Source of the DNA: a virus
Strand: one strand, 5' to 3'
Length of the DNA: 64,000 nt
IMG/VR virus record: IMGVR_UViG_3300017774_005745
Location: 64,001-128,000 of that record
Part shown: piece after piece, positions 37,509-46,697 of the stretch
Layout of the letters: every line of letters begins with the position of its first letter
Position numbering within the stretch: position 1 is the first letter of the stretch
Made by a program: the position numbers and the translations under genes
Notes under the pieces: model-generated
The model's database searches: none
What the model was told of the DNA's origin: nothing
Seen by the model: the letters and a program-made list of their open reading frames with translations, nothing else

Positions 37509-40500
37509 ATGTCACCAAAAGACATTTTCGGGTTTCTCAGCGTTGTTTCCCAAAAGCCCGGAACACGAGACCCTATTCAAATGGGGAATGTCTCCTTTAA
37601 GGACGTCCTACGAAGGCGCTCTCTTTCCTTCTGGAACAACAATACGGGCGCTTCCAACGACCCCGTCATTGGGTCATGTCCATTTAAAATGGATGGCTTA
37701 GTATCTGATGATACTACGGTTGGTCATGGATTTTTCAGAGAGATGCAGTCGGTTTTCTTTACTAGTCCGTTGGCCTACCCATTGAATCCGAGTGGGTCGA
37801 CCGTTGGTACGAGTACATACGACTACTCTAAGTTCCGAGCCACTGGGGTTCTAACGACCATACCAGCTACAGACGTTCCACGTGTCATTGGGTCACTGCT
37901 CCTACACGATAATCTCTCTGTTCCCACAGGCCTCTCAAACTGGGGAGCTGGGAACTCACTCGCTGCACTTAATGATGTTCCCAAGACGTTCACTCAGATT
38001 GGAACAGTCTACCTCCATCCCGCGTATGCAACGGGAGTAACTGTCTCGACTTCTATTGGTCTCTCATACGTTACATTTACTGGCTCTTCCATCTTCGACC
38101 TTCCTCGGTTTCAGCCGGGCGGCGGATTCAACCTCATTCGTCTTCACACTGGGTCCGACGCAGGCTTTTACTTCATCCATCACGTTGACTTCTTGAATAA
38201 CCGTCTCTACCTAAGATGTCTCGACGGTTCGATGTTTGCTGCTATCGCAACGAATGCGTCCGTTGGTACTACTATCGCCCCAGGCCGAAGAGCATACTTC
38301 AACGAAACGTCCATTATTCCTCTGGGAACTGGGACTGTGGCGGTTGGCGGTACGTTCGTGCCGGGTGCTGCTCGTGATAGTTTTATCATGCGCATCGTAT
38401 TTGATAAGACAGGCTCGACAGAAGCGGCAGTTGCGACCGAACAACAGGGAAGCTACTACGTGACCATGAAGCCGTATACCCACGGCGATGGTATCGTTGC
38501 GACGAATCAAGAGGATTCAGGATCGGCTCTCTCTGGCGCATTTGCTGCGCAGGGCAGCGCTGTTGTGCCCTTCAACTTTCAATTCTTTGATGGAGGCGCA
38601 AGTGCTATTACTCTCGACGAAAGTGCCCAGCGAGTCTGGTTTGGATATACGAACGCATCAACCCAATCTGGGATCGCATGTTGGAGATGGAAGACCGTTG
38701 AGAGCTTCCGAGAGGTAGCAAACTATCTTGGAACTGCAGGACATGCTTCCTTCTTGACTCCGGCAATTACCTTGGGCGCTGGTGACTTCATTCGAAGTGC
38801 GCACACTGGTTCCACGGGAATCAACTACTTCATCATTGGGCACGCAACAAGCGGTAACGGCGGTGTGGTTGTTATCAACGCCAACCTGACAACATCTCAG
38901 TACCGATTGGCACAGGGTATTCCAAACTCGAACCTCTCTGGTGGTGCTCTCGATAAGAGCCGTGCAAGAACCGGAACCGCAGCAGATACGAGCACCAACG
39001 GGGCCAATCAAATCACATCGGCGTCCGGTGCATTTACTGCTGCCGATGTCGGACGCTGCATCTCTATTACAGGGGCAACAGGAGACAACGGCACTTACAA
39101 GATTGCGACGATTGTCTCCGGTACTCAGGTAACGGTCACTACTCCCGCAGGAGGGGCAGTCACCTTTACGACTCAAACCGGTGGTACGTTCCAGATTGGC
39201 GATCGCCTGTACTTGATGTTCAATAACAACACTACAGGGGCAGGTCAGATCAACTTCATGGAGTCTCTTGCTCCTGGAGTGTTCCACACGCGAGCAGTAT
39301 CCATGACGAACGGCGCAAACTGCAACGTTCAGATTAAGCCCGGAGAGCCCTGTAGAGTAGACGTCGACCCTTCTACTGGAGACGTGTATTGGCTCTCCAA
39401 CGACACTCAGCAACAGATTAATAAGTATCTCCCACTGACGAACACTCACGAGTTTAGAACAATTGCAGACGTTGCGTCTCCCTCTGGTCAAGTAGGTACA
39501 GTTGGTACGATTACGACCTTCACCGCTGTGAAGGTAAATCCGAAGTTTGATGAAGTCTGGGTAGGTACAGACCAGGGCCACGTGAAACTCGTCAAGAGTG
39601 CGTTCACAGGGGCTAACTACAAGCGGTACTTTGGAAACGACAGTGCAAACTATGCGAACCCCACTGGATTCCCACGCGGGGATGGAAGCGCATCAGCCAG
39701 CGGACTGAGCGGAGCTCAAGATACGCGCCACGTTCGATTTTATGCCATTCGTGTAGATGGAAGAGTTATCTCTGGGTTGATGTCTGTGAGTGGGCAGAAC
39801 GTAGATTTGGCTCACTACCACCGAGACGGTGACCTCTTCGTAGCTTCGGATGCGATATCTTCTACCTCCGCGCTCACGTCGAACATGATCGTCGATTCTT
39901 ACGGTCGGTGGTTTATGTGCTGCCCAGGACAGGCAGGACAATGGAGATTCTCCTTCGGTGGACACGACATCCACTACCAATGGGACAACGCAAATACACG
40001 TTGGATCCCTCTAGAGATCGCGCCATCGAACCTTCCAAATAAGAGTGTCTCAGATACGTTCTCTCCAGGTCTGACCTCCCGCCCCATTCACTCGACAGCT
40101 GAGCCTGTGTTGTATGGAGTAACTGTTCAGTTCAATCGACAGGGAGGAGCTACTCCGCCAAACAATGAGTTCCTTGGTCGTGCAGGTCAGACGGGTGTGG
40201 CCAGGACGGACGGTTCAACAACATCTGGACTCAGCACGTTCAACGGTTCGAGCTTCGTATCTGGAGACGTCGGGAGAATTCTCAGAATCGAGTCGGGCGC
40301 AGATGCTGGTATGTACAAGATTACCGTGTTTACCAGCTCTACCTTAATTACTATCTCCAGAATGAACGGCACTGCCGTATCTGCTGCTGCAACTGCAAGC
40401 TCTCTGAGCTACTCTGTTTGGGACTTGGGTGCTGTTGGCTCTACTGCAGGACCTGAGGATGCCACCGTCTTGTTGGCAAACGGATTCTCTAAAGACAATA

Positions 40501-42767
40501 CACAAGACCTACTGGGCATATCTTACGAGAGCTACTTCTTCAAGGCAGCTTTCGCGGATAACACCGACAGCATTAAGTTCTGTATCCCTACTAAGATTGG
40601 AGTCTCCGGTTCTTCTGGGTCCGAGGTCTACTACGAGACCTTCACTCGTACTGCGAGCCAGTATCAGCCATCAATCGGACAGCACCGTGCTCTGCCCGGT
40701 AGTCCTTTTACGAATGGTGATGCCGTTATCGATAACTTTATCGATAAGGCAAACAATGGAGCAGGCGGGAGACCTAATATCGCTCCTGCCACTACTGCTT
40801 GGAACGGCATTCTTGCAAGTACGGTCCACGGTGCTTCTCTGATGGTCGATCTCGGAGCGGACGCGGACGTCGGATACGTCGTTGTTCGTTTTGCAGGAAA
40901 CGTATTATCAGGTGCTAATACTGCATTCAGCAGCGGTTTTAATGCGTCGCTCTTCAATGACCCGGCGTCAGGAGGAGCTCCTATCGCTTCTTCTGTCGTG
41001 AGAACAAGCGGCACCTCAACCGTAAACGGAACCCTCGATGTATCAACCATTACACTCACCTCAGGCGACTTCCTGGGAGCGACTGTTGTTGGGTTGAACA
41101 CAGACGGAGTCACTGTTGCAGGGTCCAGCACATTCACCGCTGGAGGGGGCACCTTCCTGGCATCTCATGTTGGGATGATTCTTCAGATTACTACTGGGTC
41201 GGACGCGGGGTCGTACAGAATCCTCACGGTCGGTGGGGCTACCTGTACGATTGAGAACCTCAATCAAACCAGCCGCCAGTGGGTCGCCTCTGCTTCATCC
41301 CTGTCATACAACATCAGGGACGGTGTGCGTCCTTACGATAAGATCTCTATCCCAAACAATGCTGCTCCGACGTATGAGCTCGCAATTGAGCGACTCCTAA
41401 CGACTACGTCTGCTCAGGTACGCACCCCGCCACATGCCACGTTCTCAAACCAAAACTGGCAAGTGATGGTTCCTTCTTGGAATCTCGTCAAGCGTCTTTC
41501 CTTCAGCACAGACGCAGCACCGCCTGACGTTAAGAATAATGGAACCTGGATGTCTGTCGATGGACAGGAGACGGGCGTATTCACGACTCAGAAGATGTAC
41601 TTCGACCTCACCGACCTCACATCCGGTCAAAGAACAGGCAGGTACTGGAAGTTGAATCTTCAGCCTCGTTTCGAGAGTGGTTCCGGAAGCTATACGTTCA
41701 CTATCGTCGATATGGAGTTCTTCAACACTTCAGGAGTGCGACTGAACACGGCCCCATACCTCTTCTCTGACCAGGCTTGGAGTAACCCAGACTTCCTGTC
41801 GAACCACGTCCATAGAGTCGACTTCATTCAAGCATCCAATACCGCAGTAGGTGGCGCTTTCAATGGGAACGCCTCACTGAGTACACTTGGAGTCGTCACA
41901 CTCTCAGGTGGGAACAAGTTCCTGGGATTCCAAGTAAGAACGGACTTTACAGACGGAAACCCAATCTCTGGCGGTAACACGTTCATCTCCTCATCAGCTG
42001 CATTCACAACAGCCGATGTTGGGAGATTCATTCGAGTCACCTCTGGAGCCAACAGCGGGGTGTTCTATAGAATTGTAACACGTGTCTCGGCAACTCAAGT
42101 AACCGTCGCTCTGCCTTCGGGTACTGCGGTCTCCTTTGGCGCTACAGAGACAGGCATTCTATTCGCCATCCACGAAGGGATTGCTAATGGTGGGTCGGCT
42201 CCTGACTACATCAACTTTGGTGCAGTCACAGGAGCAGACGAATTCACCATTACCTCCGTCAACGACGCTCTTACTCAACTAACCGTTGCCGAAGTCGGAT
42301 TCCCTGCACTCACAAGCGTTGCTTTTGAGATCCGTCGTCGAGGATTCGACACAACGTCAGCCACTACAGACGCAACAAAGACAGCGAGACTCGTACGACC
42401 GAATACTACTTACCCAGTTCAGTCTGGAGACGTCGCTCACGACTCTAGAGGTGCTCTCAGATTCTTTACTGAGGATGTCGGAGCTGCTGCAACTCGTTCT
42501 TCTGGTTCGATTACGGGCGGCAGCGGCGTATTCACTGGGACTCTATTCAGTCAAGACGACGTTGGTAGGATTCTGACCATCACTACTGGAGTGAACGTAG
42601 GCTCGTACCGAATCTCTGCATTCTCCAGCGCGACCTCAATCACTGTCGTAAACCTCATCACCGGAGCAGCAGTGTCATTCACAGCAGATGCAGGACCGGT
42701 GACCTACCGAATCTACGGCGAGCGTAGATTCCGTCTCGCAAAGTACGTCTACTGTCTAAAGGCATAA
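37509..42767 (+). CDS. Large tail fibre or appendage protein (1752 aa) with about 6 repeated beta modules
   Basis: G/S/T-rich; repeated F...DVGRxLxIxxGxxxGxYxI units; a central beta-propeller-like section. Confidence 0.6.
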   Translation: MSPKDIFGFLSVVSQKPGTRDPIQMGNVSFKDVLRRRSLSFWNNNTGASNDPVIGSCPFKMDGLVSDDTTVGHGFFREMQSVFFTSPLAYPLNPSGSTVGTSTYDYSKFRATGVLTTIPATDVPRVIGSLLLHDNLSVPTGLSNWGAGNSLAALNDVPKTFTQIGTVYLHPAYATGVTVSTSIGLSYVTFTGSSIFDLPRFQPGGGFNLIRLHTGSDAGFYFIHHVDFLNNRLYLRCLDGSMFAAIATNASVGTTIAPGRRAYFNETSIIPLGTGTVAVGGTFVPGAARDSFIMRIVFDKTGSTEAAVATEQQGSYYVTMKPYTHGDGIVATNQEDSGSALSGAFAAQGSAVVPFNFQFFDGGASAITLDESAQRVWFGYTNASTQSGIACWRWKTVESFREVANYLGTAGHASFLTPAITLGAGDFIRSAHTGSTGINYFIIGHATSGNGGVVVINANLTTSQYRLAQGIPNSNLSGGALDKSRARTGTAADTSTNGANQITSASGAFTAADVGRCISITGATGDNGTYKIATIVSGTQVTVTTPAGGAVTFTTQTGGTFQIGDRLYLMFNNNTTGAGQINFMESLAPGVFHTRAVSMTNGANCNVQIKPGEPCRVDVDPSTGDVYWLSNDTQQQINKYLPLTNTHEFRTIADVASPSGQVGTVGTITTFTAVKVNPKFDEVWVGTDQGHVKLVKSAFTGANYKRYFGNDSANYANPTGFPRGDGSASASGLSGAQDTRHVRFYAIRVDGRVISGLMSVSGQNVDLAHYHRDGDLFVASDAISSTSALTSNMIVDSYGRWFMCCPGQAGQWRFSFGGHDIHYQWDNANTRWIPLEIAPSNLPNKSVSDTFSPGLTSRPIHSTAEPVLYGVTVQFNRQGGATPPNNEFLGRAGQTGVARTDGSTTSGLSTFNGSSFVSGDVGRILRIESGADAGMYKITVFTSSTLITISRMNGTAVSAAATASSLSYSVWDLGAVGSTAGPEDATVLLANGFSKDNTQDLLGISYESYFFKAAFADNTDSIKFCIPTKIGVSGSSGSEVYYETFTRTASQYQPSIGQHRALPGSPFTNGDAVIDNFIDKANNGAGGRPNIAPATTAWNGILASTVHGASLMVDLGADADVGYVVVRFAGNVLSGANTAFSSGFNASLFNDPASGGAPIASSVVRTSGTSTVNGTLDVSTITLTSGDFLGATVVGLNTDGVTVAGSSTFTAGGGTFLASHVGMILQITTGSDAGSYRILTVGGATCTIENLNQTSRQWVASASSLSYNIRDGVRPYDKISIPNNAAPTYELAIERLLTTTSAQVRTPPHATFSNQNWQVMVPSWNLVKRLSFSTDAAPPDVKNNGTWMSVDGQETGVFTTQKMYFDLTDLTSGQRTGRYWKLNLQPRFESGSGSYTFTIVDMEFFNTSGVRLNTAPYLFSDQAWSNPDFLSNHVHRVDFIQASNTAVGGAFNGNASLSTLGVVTLSGGNKFLGFQVRTDFTDGNPISGGNTFISSSAAFTTADVGRFIRVTSGANSGVFYRIVTRVSATQVTVALPSGTAVSFGATETGILFAIHEGIANGGSAPDYINFGAVTGADEFTITSVNDALTQLTVAEVGFPALTSVAFEIRRRGFDTTSATTDATKTARLVRPNTTYPVQSGDVAHDSRGALRFFTEDVGAAATRSSGSITGGSGVFTGTLFSQDDVGRILTITTGVNVGSYRISAFSSATSITVVNLITGAAVSFTADAGPVTYRIYGERRFRLAKYVYCLKA

Positions 42768-44585
42768 ATGGCAGTCTCCTCCATCACAGGCATTACCCGA
42801 GAGGGTCAGCCGATTGAGATGGCCTCCTTTAGGAGGTCTGGAGTTGTGCATTTTGTTTGGAACTCCGAGGTAAACTTCTCTCAAAGAAGACTACGCTGGA
42901 AGCCACACGACGCCGCAGACTTCACAGAGGTGTTTGGGAATCTCGTAACAGACTTTCGAAACATCGCCGCTGCCTATATTCCCTCTTCTGACTCCCTCAT
43001 CATGGCTTGGGATGATAACAGTGGAGGAAGCGGCGTTGAGAATAGTAGACTGTTTGTCGCGCGATTCAATCCAACAACTGGCGCGCTTCTCTCAGGACCG
43101 ACTCTACTGGGTCCTGGGACCCGACCTCAGATGCTGTACAGGAATGGAGTTCAAGGAAACTCCGTCGTACTCGTCTCCTTCCTCTCCAAGACAGACGATG
43201 TTCTCGTTCGTATGACTACCGATGGTGGTTTGTCTTGGACTGGAGGCTCTCCGGTTCTCGTGAACAAAGTAGCGCAGACGACATTCCTTGAGGCTGTGTC
43301 ATACGGTTCTAATCACCTCTCCATCGCTCAGCTCGGAGGAGACAGCAGGAAGTTGGCGGAGATTTCGGCTTTCTCTCGAACACGCCCAATCATGTCGATT
43401 GTTAAACATCCCTCTGTAGCCAATCAGTACTTCATCGGAGAGCCATCTCGAATCACTTCCGTACCTCAGAGCGATAATCTACGTGGAGGCATGGTACTGC
43501 TTCCTGATAACTCTGCGATTATCAAAGTAGATGGGGATGCGCAGGGAGTGAGTGATAGTATCGGAGGAATTGCGCTTCTCACTGTTACGGGAACCGCTTT
43601 CTCTGTGGCTGCCTCTGCCGGTCCTACGGTCGGAACAAACAGAAATAGAATTGTTCAGTACTCGCTCACACCGTCTATCTCTGCCAACGCAGACCTTGAC
43701 GCGAGCCTCCCTGCGGTATCTCTCGCAACCTCTTCTTCATATGCATACGTTGCTCAGTCGGTTGATTCAAACCCAACAGGCGGGCAGCTCAAGGTCATCG
43801 ACCTCTCTGCTCTATCAACACAGAACGCATTCCTGACCGGAATCTCTGGAAGAGCCGTGGCGGTTGCTAACTTCCTCTCCCCTCGGGTCATCTTCGCAGC
43901 AACAACGGAATCATCCATTCAGCGAATCCGTGTCTACTCTGAGAATGGTACAACTCCCACTCTCCTCATAAACGCAAAGCTCTTGCTTCAGGCGAGCAAC
44001 ATCACAGTAGCCCCACACCCTACAGAAGCACTCTGGGCATTGCTGTACGTTTCTAATCAAAATCGAATGTCGATTATGGAGTATCGGGGAGCTGCCTCTC
44101 CCCTTCGAGTGCTCGACACGATTACTCTCGTAGGTGGAGGAGAGTTCCTGTCTGTCGTCAGGGCCGCAAATGGGAATCTCGTCGCAGCGGCTGGCTCTGC
44201 AGGAATCTTAGTCTTCAGCCCAATCGGGAAGACTATCGCTCAGCTCAGGGTATCTCCTGTAGTCGTACAAGATTGGCAGCCCCAGGTTGCGGTGAGCTTG
44301 AACCAACTCGTCAGGCCGACGGCCGGAAACAGATTCTCCCAGAACCGCTTCTACTTCATATGCACAGGAGCAGGCACCACCGCTGTATCTGAGCCTTCTT
44401 GGGCATTCTCTGGGTCAATTACAGATGGTGGCGCAACTTGGACCGCAGTGGCTGCAAGAGATGGTATTGTAACTGGCGTTGCATTGGATGAGACTCTTAA
44501 GCGCATCTACGGTGTGGGTCTTGTTGGTGGCTCTTCCAATACCCAAGGACGGGTATGGGCACTCGAAGCGAGAGGACTCATCTAA
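42768..44585 (+). CDS. Beta-propeller structural protein with a carbohydrate-binding-like insert
   Basis: Blade-like repeats; WQPQVAVSLNQLVRP...YFICTGAGTT...EPSW...DGGATW module common in fibre proteins. Confidence 0.5.
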   Translation: MAVSSITGITREGQPIEMASFRRSGVVHFVWNSEVNFSQRRLRWKPHDAADFTEVFGNLVTDFRNIAAAYIPSSDSLIMAWDDNSGGSGVENSRLFVARFNPTTGALLSGPTLLGPGTRPQMLYRNGVQGNSVVLVSFLSKTDDVLVRMTTDGGLSWTGGSPVLVNKVAQTTFLEAVSYGSNHLSIAQLGGDSRKLAEISAFSRTRPIMSIVKHPSVANQYFIGEPSRITSVPQSDNLRGGMVLLPDNSAIIKVDGDAQGVSDSIGGIALLTVTGTAFSVAASAGPTVGTNRNRIVQYSLTPSISANADLDASLPAVSLATSSSYAYVAQSVDSNPTGGQLKVIDLSALSTQNAFLTGISGRAVAVANFLSPRVIFAATTESSIQRIRVYSENGTTPTLLINAKLLLQASNITVAPHPTEALWALLYVSNQNRMSIMEYRGAASPLRVLDTITLVGGGEFLSVVRAANGNLVAAAGSAGILVFSPIGKTIAQLRVSPVVVQDWQPQVAVSLNQLVRPTAGNRFSQNRFYFICTGAGTTAVSEPSWAFSGSITDGGATWTAVAARDGIVTGVALDETLKRIYGVGLVGGSSNTQGRVWALEARGLI

Positions 44586-44737
44586 TGGCTGACGCATTCG
44601 TATCCTTGGCTGCTCTTCAACCGCTCCTCCCTACTACCTCTAAGGGAGGGTCCTCCAATGCATCTGGCACTGTCCAGCCGAGCCCTCCTACTGGTATCTA
44701 CGGGGTAGTTAGGAATATTGGCGTAAAGACCAAGTAG
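44585..44737 (+). CDS. Small protein (50 aa, MADAFVSL...)
   Basis: TAATG overlap; stop precedes the RBS of the next gene. Confidence 0.5.
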   Translation: MADAFVSLAALQPLLPTTSKGGSSNASGTVQPSPPTGIYGVVRNIGVKTK

Positions 44738-44747
44738 GAGCTACCCA

Positions 44748-45500
44748 ATGGCTGTCACATTTCCAGCAACGAAGAGATACTTCGTTACTTTTCGAAATTC
44801 AGATATCGGGCTTCTTCCTACTTGGGTTTACTACCGAAGAGCGGACACTCTCGTCTCCCTCCTCCCAGGCCCCGCATTCACTGAGCTCTCGAATGGTACG
44901 TACTACTTCGATATCACATTTTCGTCTGCCACGAGCCCAGACATTATCTTCCTCATCGATGGTGGTGTGAGCATTCCAACGGAAGAGATTCGATACCAAA
45001 CCTCGATGGCAAGTCCGAAGGACTTGTTCCTTGACCAGCCCACATCTCAGTCCGTTACCGATGTCTGGAGTGACACGACCGTGTACGGTGCGGGTACGAA
45101 GGGAGAGAAAGTCGACTCTATCGTAGGTACTAACGTTGCCGCGATTGCTGATGCAGTTTGGGATGAGGCACTTGCAGGACACCTAACTGCGGGCACAGCC
45201 GGAAGAAAACTAAGCGACGCAGCATTGACCACGGATGTCACTACATCTCAGACAGCTATTACGACTTCGCTCGGTGCTCAGCTCACGAGAGCTCTCGGGC
45301 TCATGCATGAGAACTCTGTCCTCGACCAGACTATATTCGATGGTCAGAACAATCTCACGAATGGTCGTCTGAGATTGTACAGCACGAAAGCCAACGCGCT
45401 CCTCGCAGGAGGTACTGGCCTTCTTGAGACGTACACCATTACTGCTTCGTACATCGGAGACAACGTCCAGACCTATACCGTAGTCAGGGAGGGGTCATGA
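44748..45500 (+). CDS. Virion structural protein with IADAVWDE repeat
   Basis: N-terminal unit similar to that of ORF 32768 (PT...P...ELxxGxYxF); AIADAVWDEALAGH motif. Confidence 0.5.
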   Translation: MAVTFPATKRYFVTFRNSDIGLLPTWVYYRRADTLVSLLPGPAFTELSNGTYYFDITFSSATSPDIIFLIDGGVSIPTEEIRYQTSMASPKDLFLDQPTSQSVTDVWSDTTVYGAGTKGEKVDSIVGTNVAAIADAVWDEALAGHLTAGTAGRKLSDAALTTDVTTSQTAITTSLGAQLTRALGLMHENSVLDQTIFDGQNNLTNGRLRLYSTKANALLAGGTGLLETYTITASYIGDNVQTYTVVREGS

Positions 45501-46408
45501 TTGAAGTTACTAAACTCATTGTTCGCTCCTTCACTCTCGACTACCTGGACCTCTTCTGGGAGATCTCTCCAGTTGCAGGACCGTCCGTAGAGAACAAGCC
45601 CCACGAAATCTACGACTACGATTTCTACATCCTTCGTTCTGAAGCTCCGATGGGTCCCTTTGAGCAAATCGGAGGCCCATTCAGAGACACTTATTCGTTC
45701 AGAGATTCGCGTGTGAATCTCATGCATAAGTGGCGCACGATGTACTACAAGATTCGAATCATTCACAGGCCTACTGGAGAGGTCTACGAAACTCCGTCTA
45801 CGAATAGTCAGGACCCAGAGCCTGACCTTATTGCGAATGAAGTCAATAGACAGGAAGACGTCCTCTTTCGTGAGTTCATTGGAAGACGCTCCTGGTTGTT
45901 TCCAGTACGCACCTTTGGCCCCGTCTGTACTTGCATCGATCGAGTTCTCGGAAGACGTACTCGCTCAAACCACTCTCTGTGCTTTGGTACCGGGTGGCTT
46001 GGTGGGTATATGCATCCAGTTCAGATATTCATTCAACTCGACCCCAACAGCAAGCAAACCAACCTCAACTCTCTCCAAGAGCAACAGCCAAGCAACACTA
46101 TTGCTCGAATGATCTCATTCCCTCCTGTATCTCCCAGAGACGTCATCGTCGAATCAGAGAATAAGAGATGGAGAGTCGTGTCTGTTACAACGACTCAGCG
46201 TCTCAGGTCAGTCCTCCATCAAGAGATATCTCTTCATGAGATTCCAAGAGGGGACATTGAGTATGACCTCCCGGTAAACATCGATTCTAGAACCCACGAG
46301 CCGTCTGCTGTGCGAAACTTTACGAATCCTCAAAATGTGGAGAAGCCAGGTGACTACCAGGACATTTTCAGATTCTTCGGACAGGCGAGAGGCACGAACG
46401 GTCGCTAG
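45497..46408 (+). CDS. Neck or head-closure protein
   Basis: FN3-like N-terminus, CTC...LCFGTGWLGGY motif, position before the tail terminator and sheath. Confidence 0.6.
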   Translation: MIEVTKLIVRSFTLDYLDLFWEISPVAGPSVENKPHEIYDYDFYILRSEAPMGPFEQIGGPFRDTYSFRDSRVNLMHKWRTMYYKIRIIHRPTGEVYETPSTNSQDPEPDLIANEVNRQEDVLFREFIGRRSWLFPVRTFGPVCTCIDRVLGRRTRSNHSLCFGTGWLGGYMHPVQIFIQLDPNSKQTNLNSLQEQQPSNTIARMISFPPVSPRDVIVESENKRWRVVSVTTTQRLRSVLHQEISLHEIPRGDIEYDLPVNIDSRTHEPSAVRNFTNPQNVEKPGDYQDIFRFFGQARGTNGR

Positions 46409-46697
46409 GAACGCATTCCAGGACGAGCTTTTGAAGATTGCCATGTCTGAGGCCCGTAAGAGCAAATTAAAGAACTTTGCTAAATCTACCGCGACTATCG
46501 CAGCCGGTGCTGGTGTTGGGTATGGCTCGGCGATGTTGGCAGAGAAGGCGTTCTTGAAGATGATTGGGAGTAGGTTTAGTACTCTTCCTCAGTCTCAGCA
46601 GAACAAGATTCTCGGAGCGGCTCTTGGTGTCAGCTTGGCCGGTTCATACGTCGCTAGAAACTGGTTAGACAAAGAGAGAGCAAAGGCAAAAGAATGA
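46398..46697 (+). CDS. Small glycine-zipper protein with AFQDELLKIA motif (start uncertain, possibly ACG)
   Basis: Two hydrophobic Gly/Ala helices; GAGAGG RBS about 5 nt before ACG at 46398. Confidence 0.55.
   Translation, partial: TVARNAFQDELLKIAMSEARKSKLKNFAKSTATIAAGAGVGYGSAMLAEKAFLKMIGSRFSTLPQSQQNKILGAALGVSLAGSYVARNWLDKERAKAKE

Noticed and set aside
37509-42767. Diversity-generating retroelement target or DNA tandem repeat
   Set aside because: Repeats are visible only at protein level; no near-identical TR/VR pair or reverse transcriptase was seen in the window.
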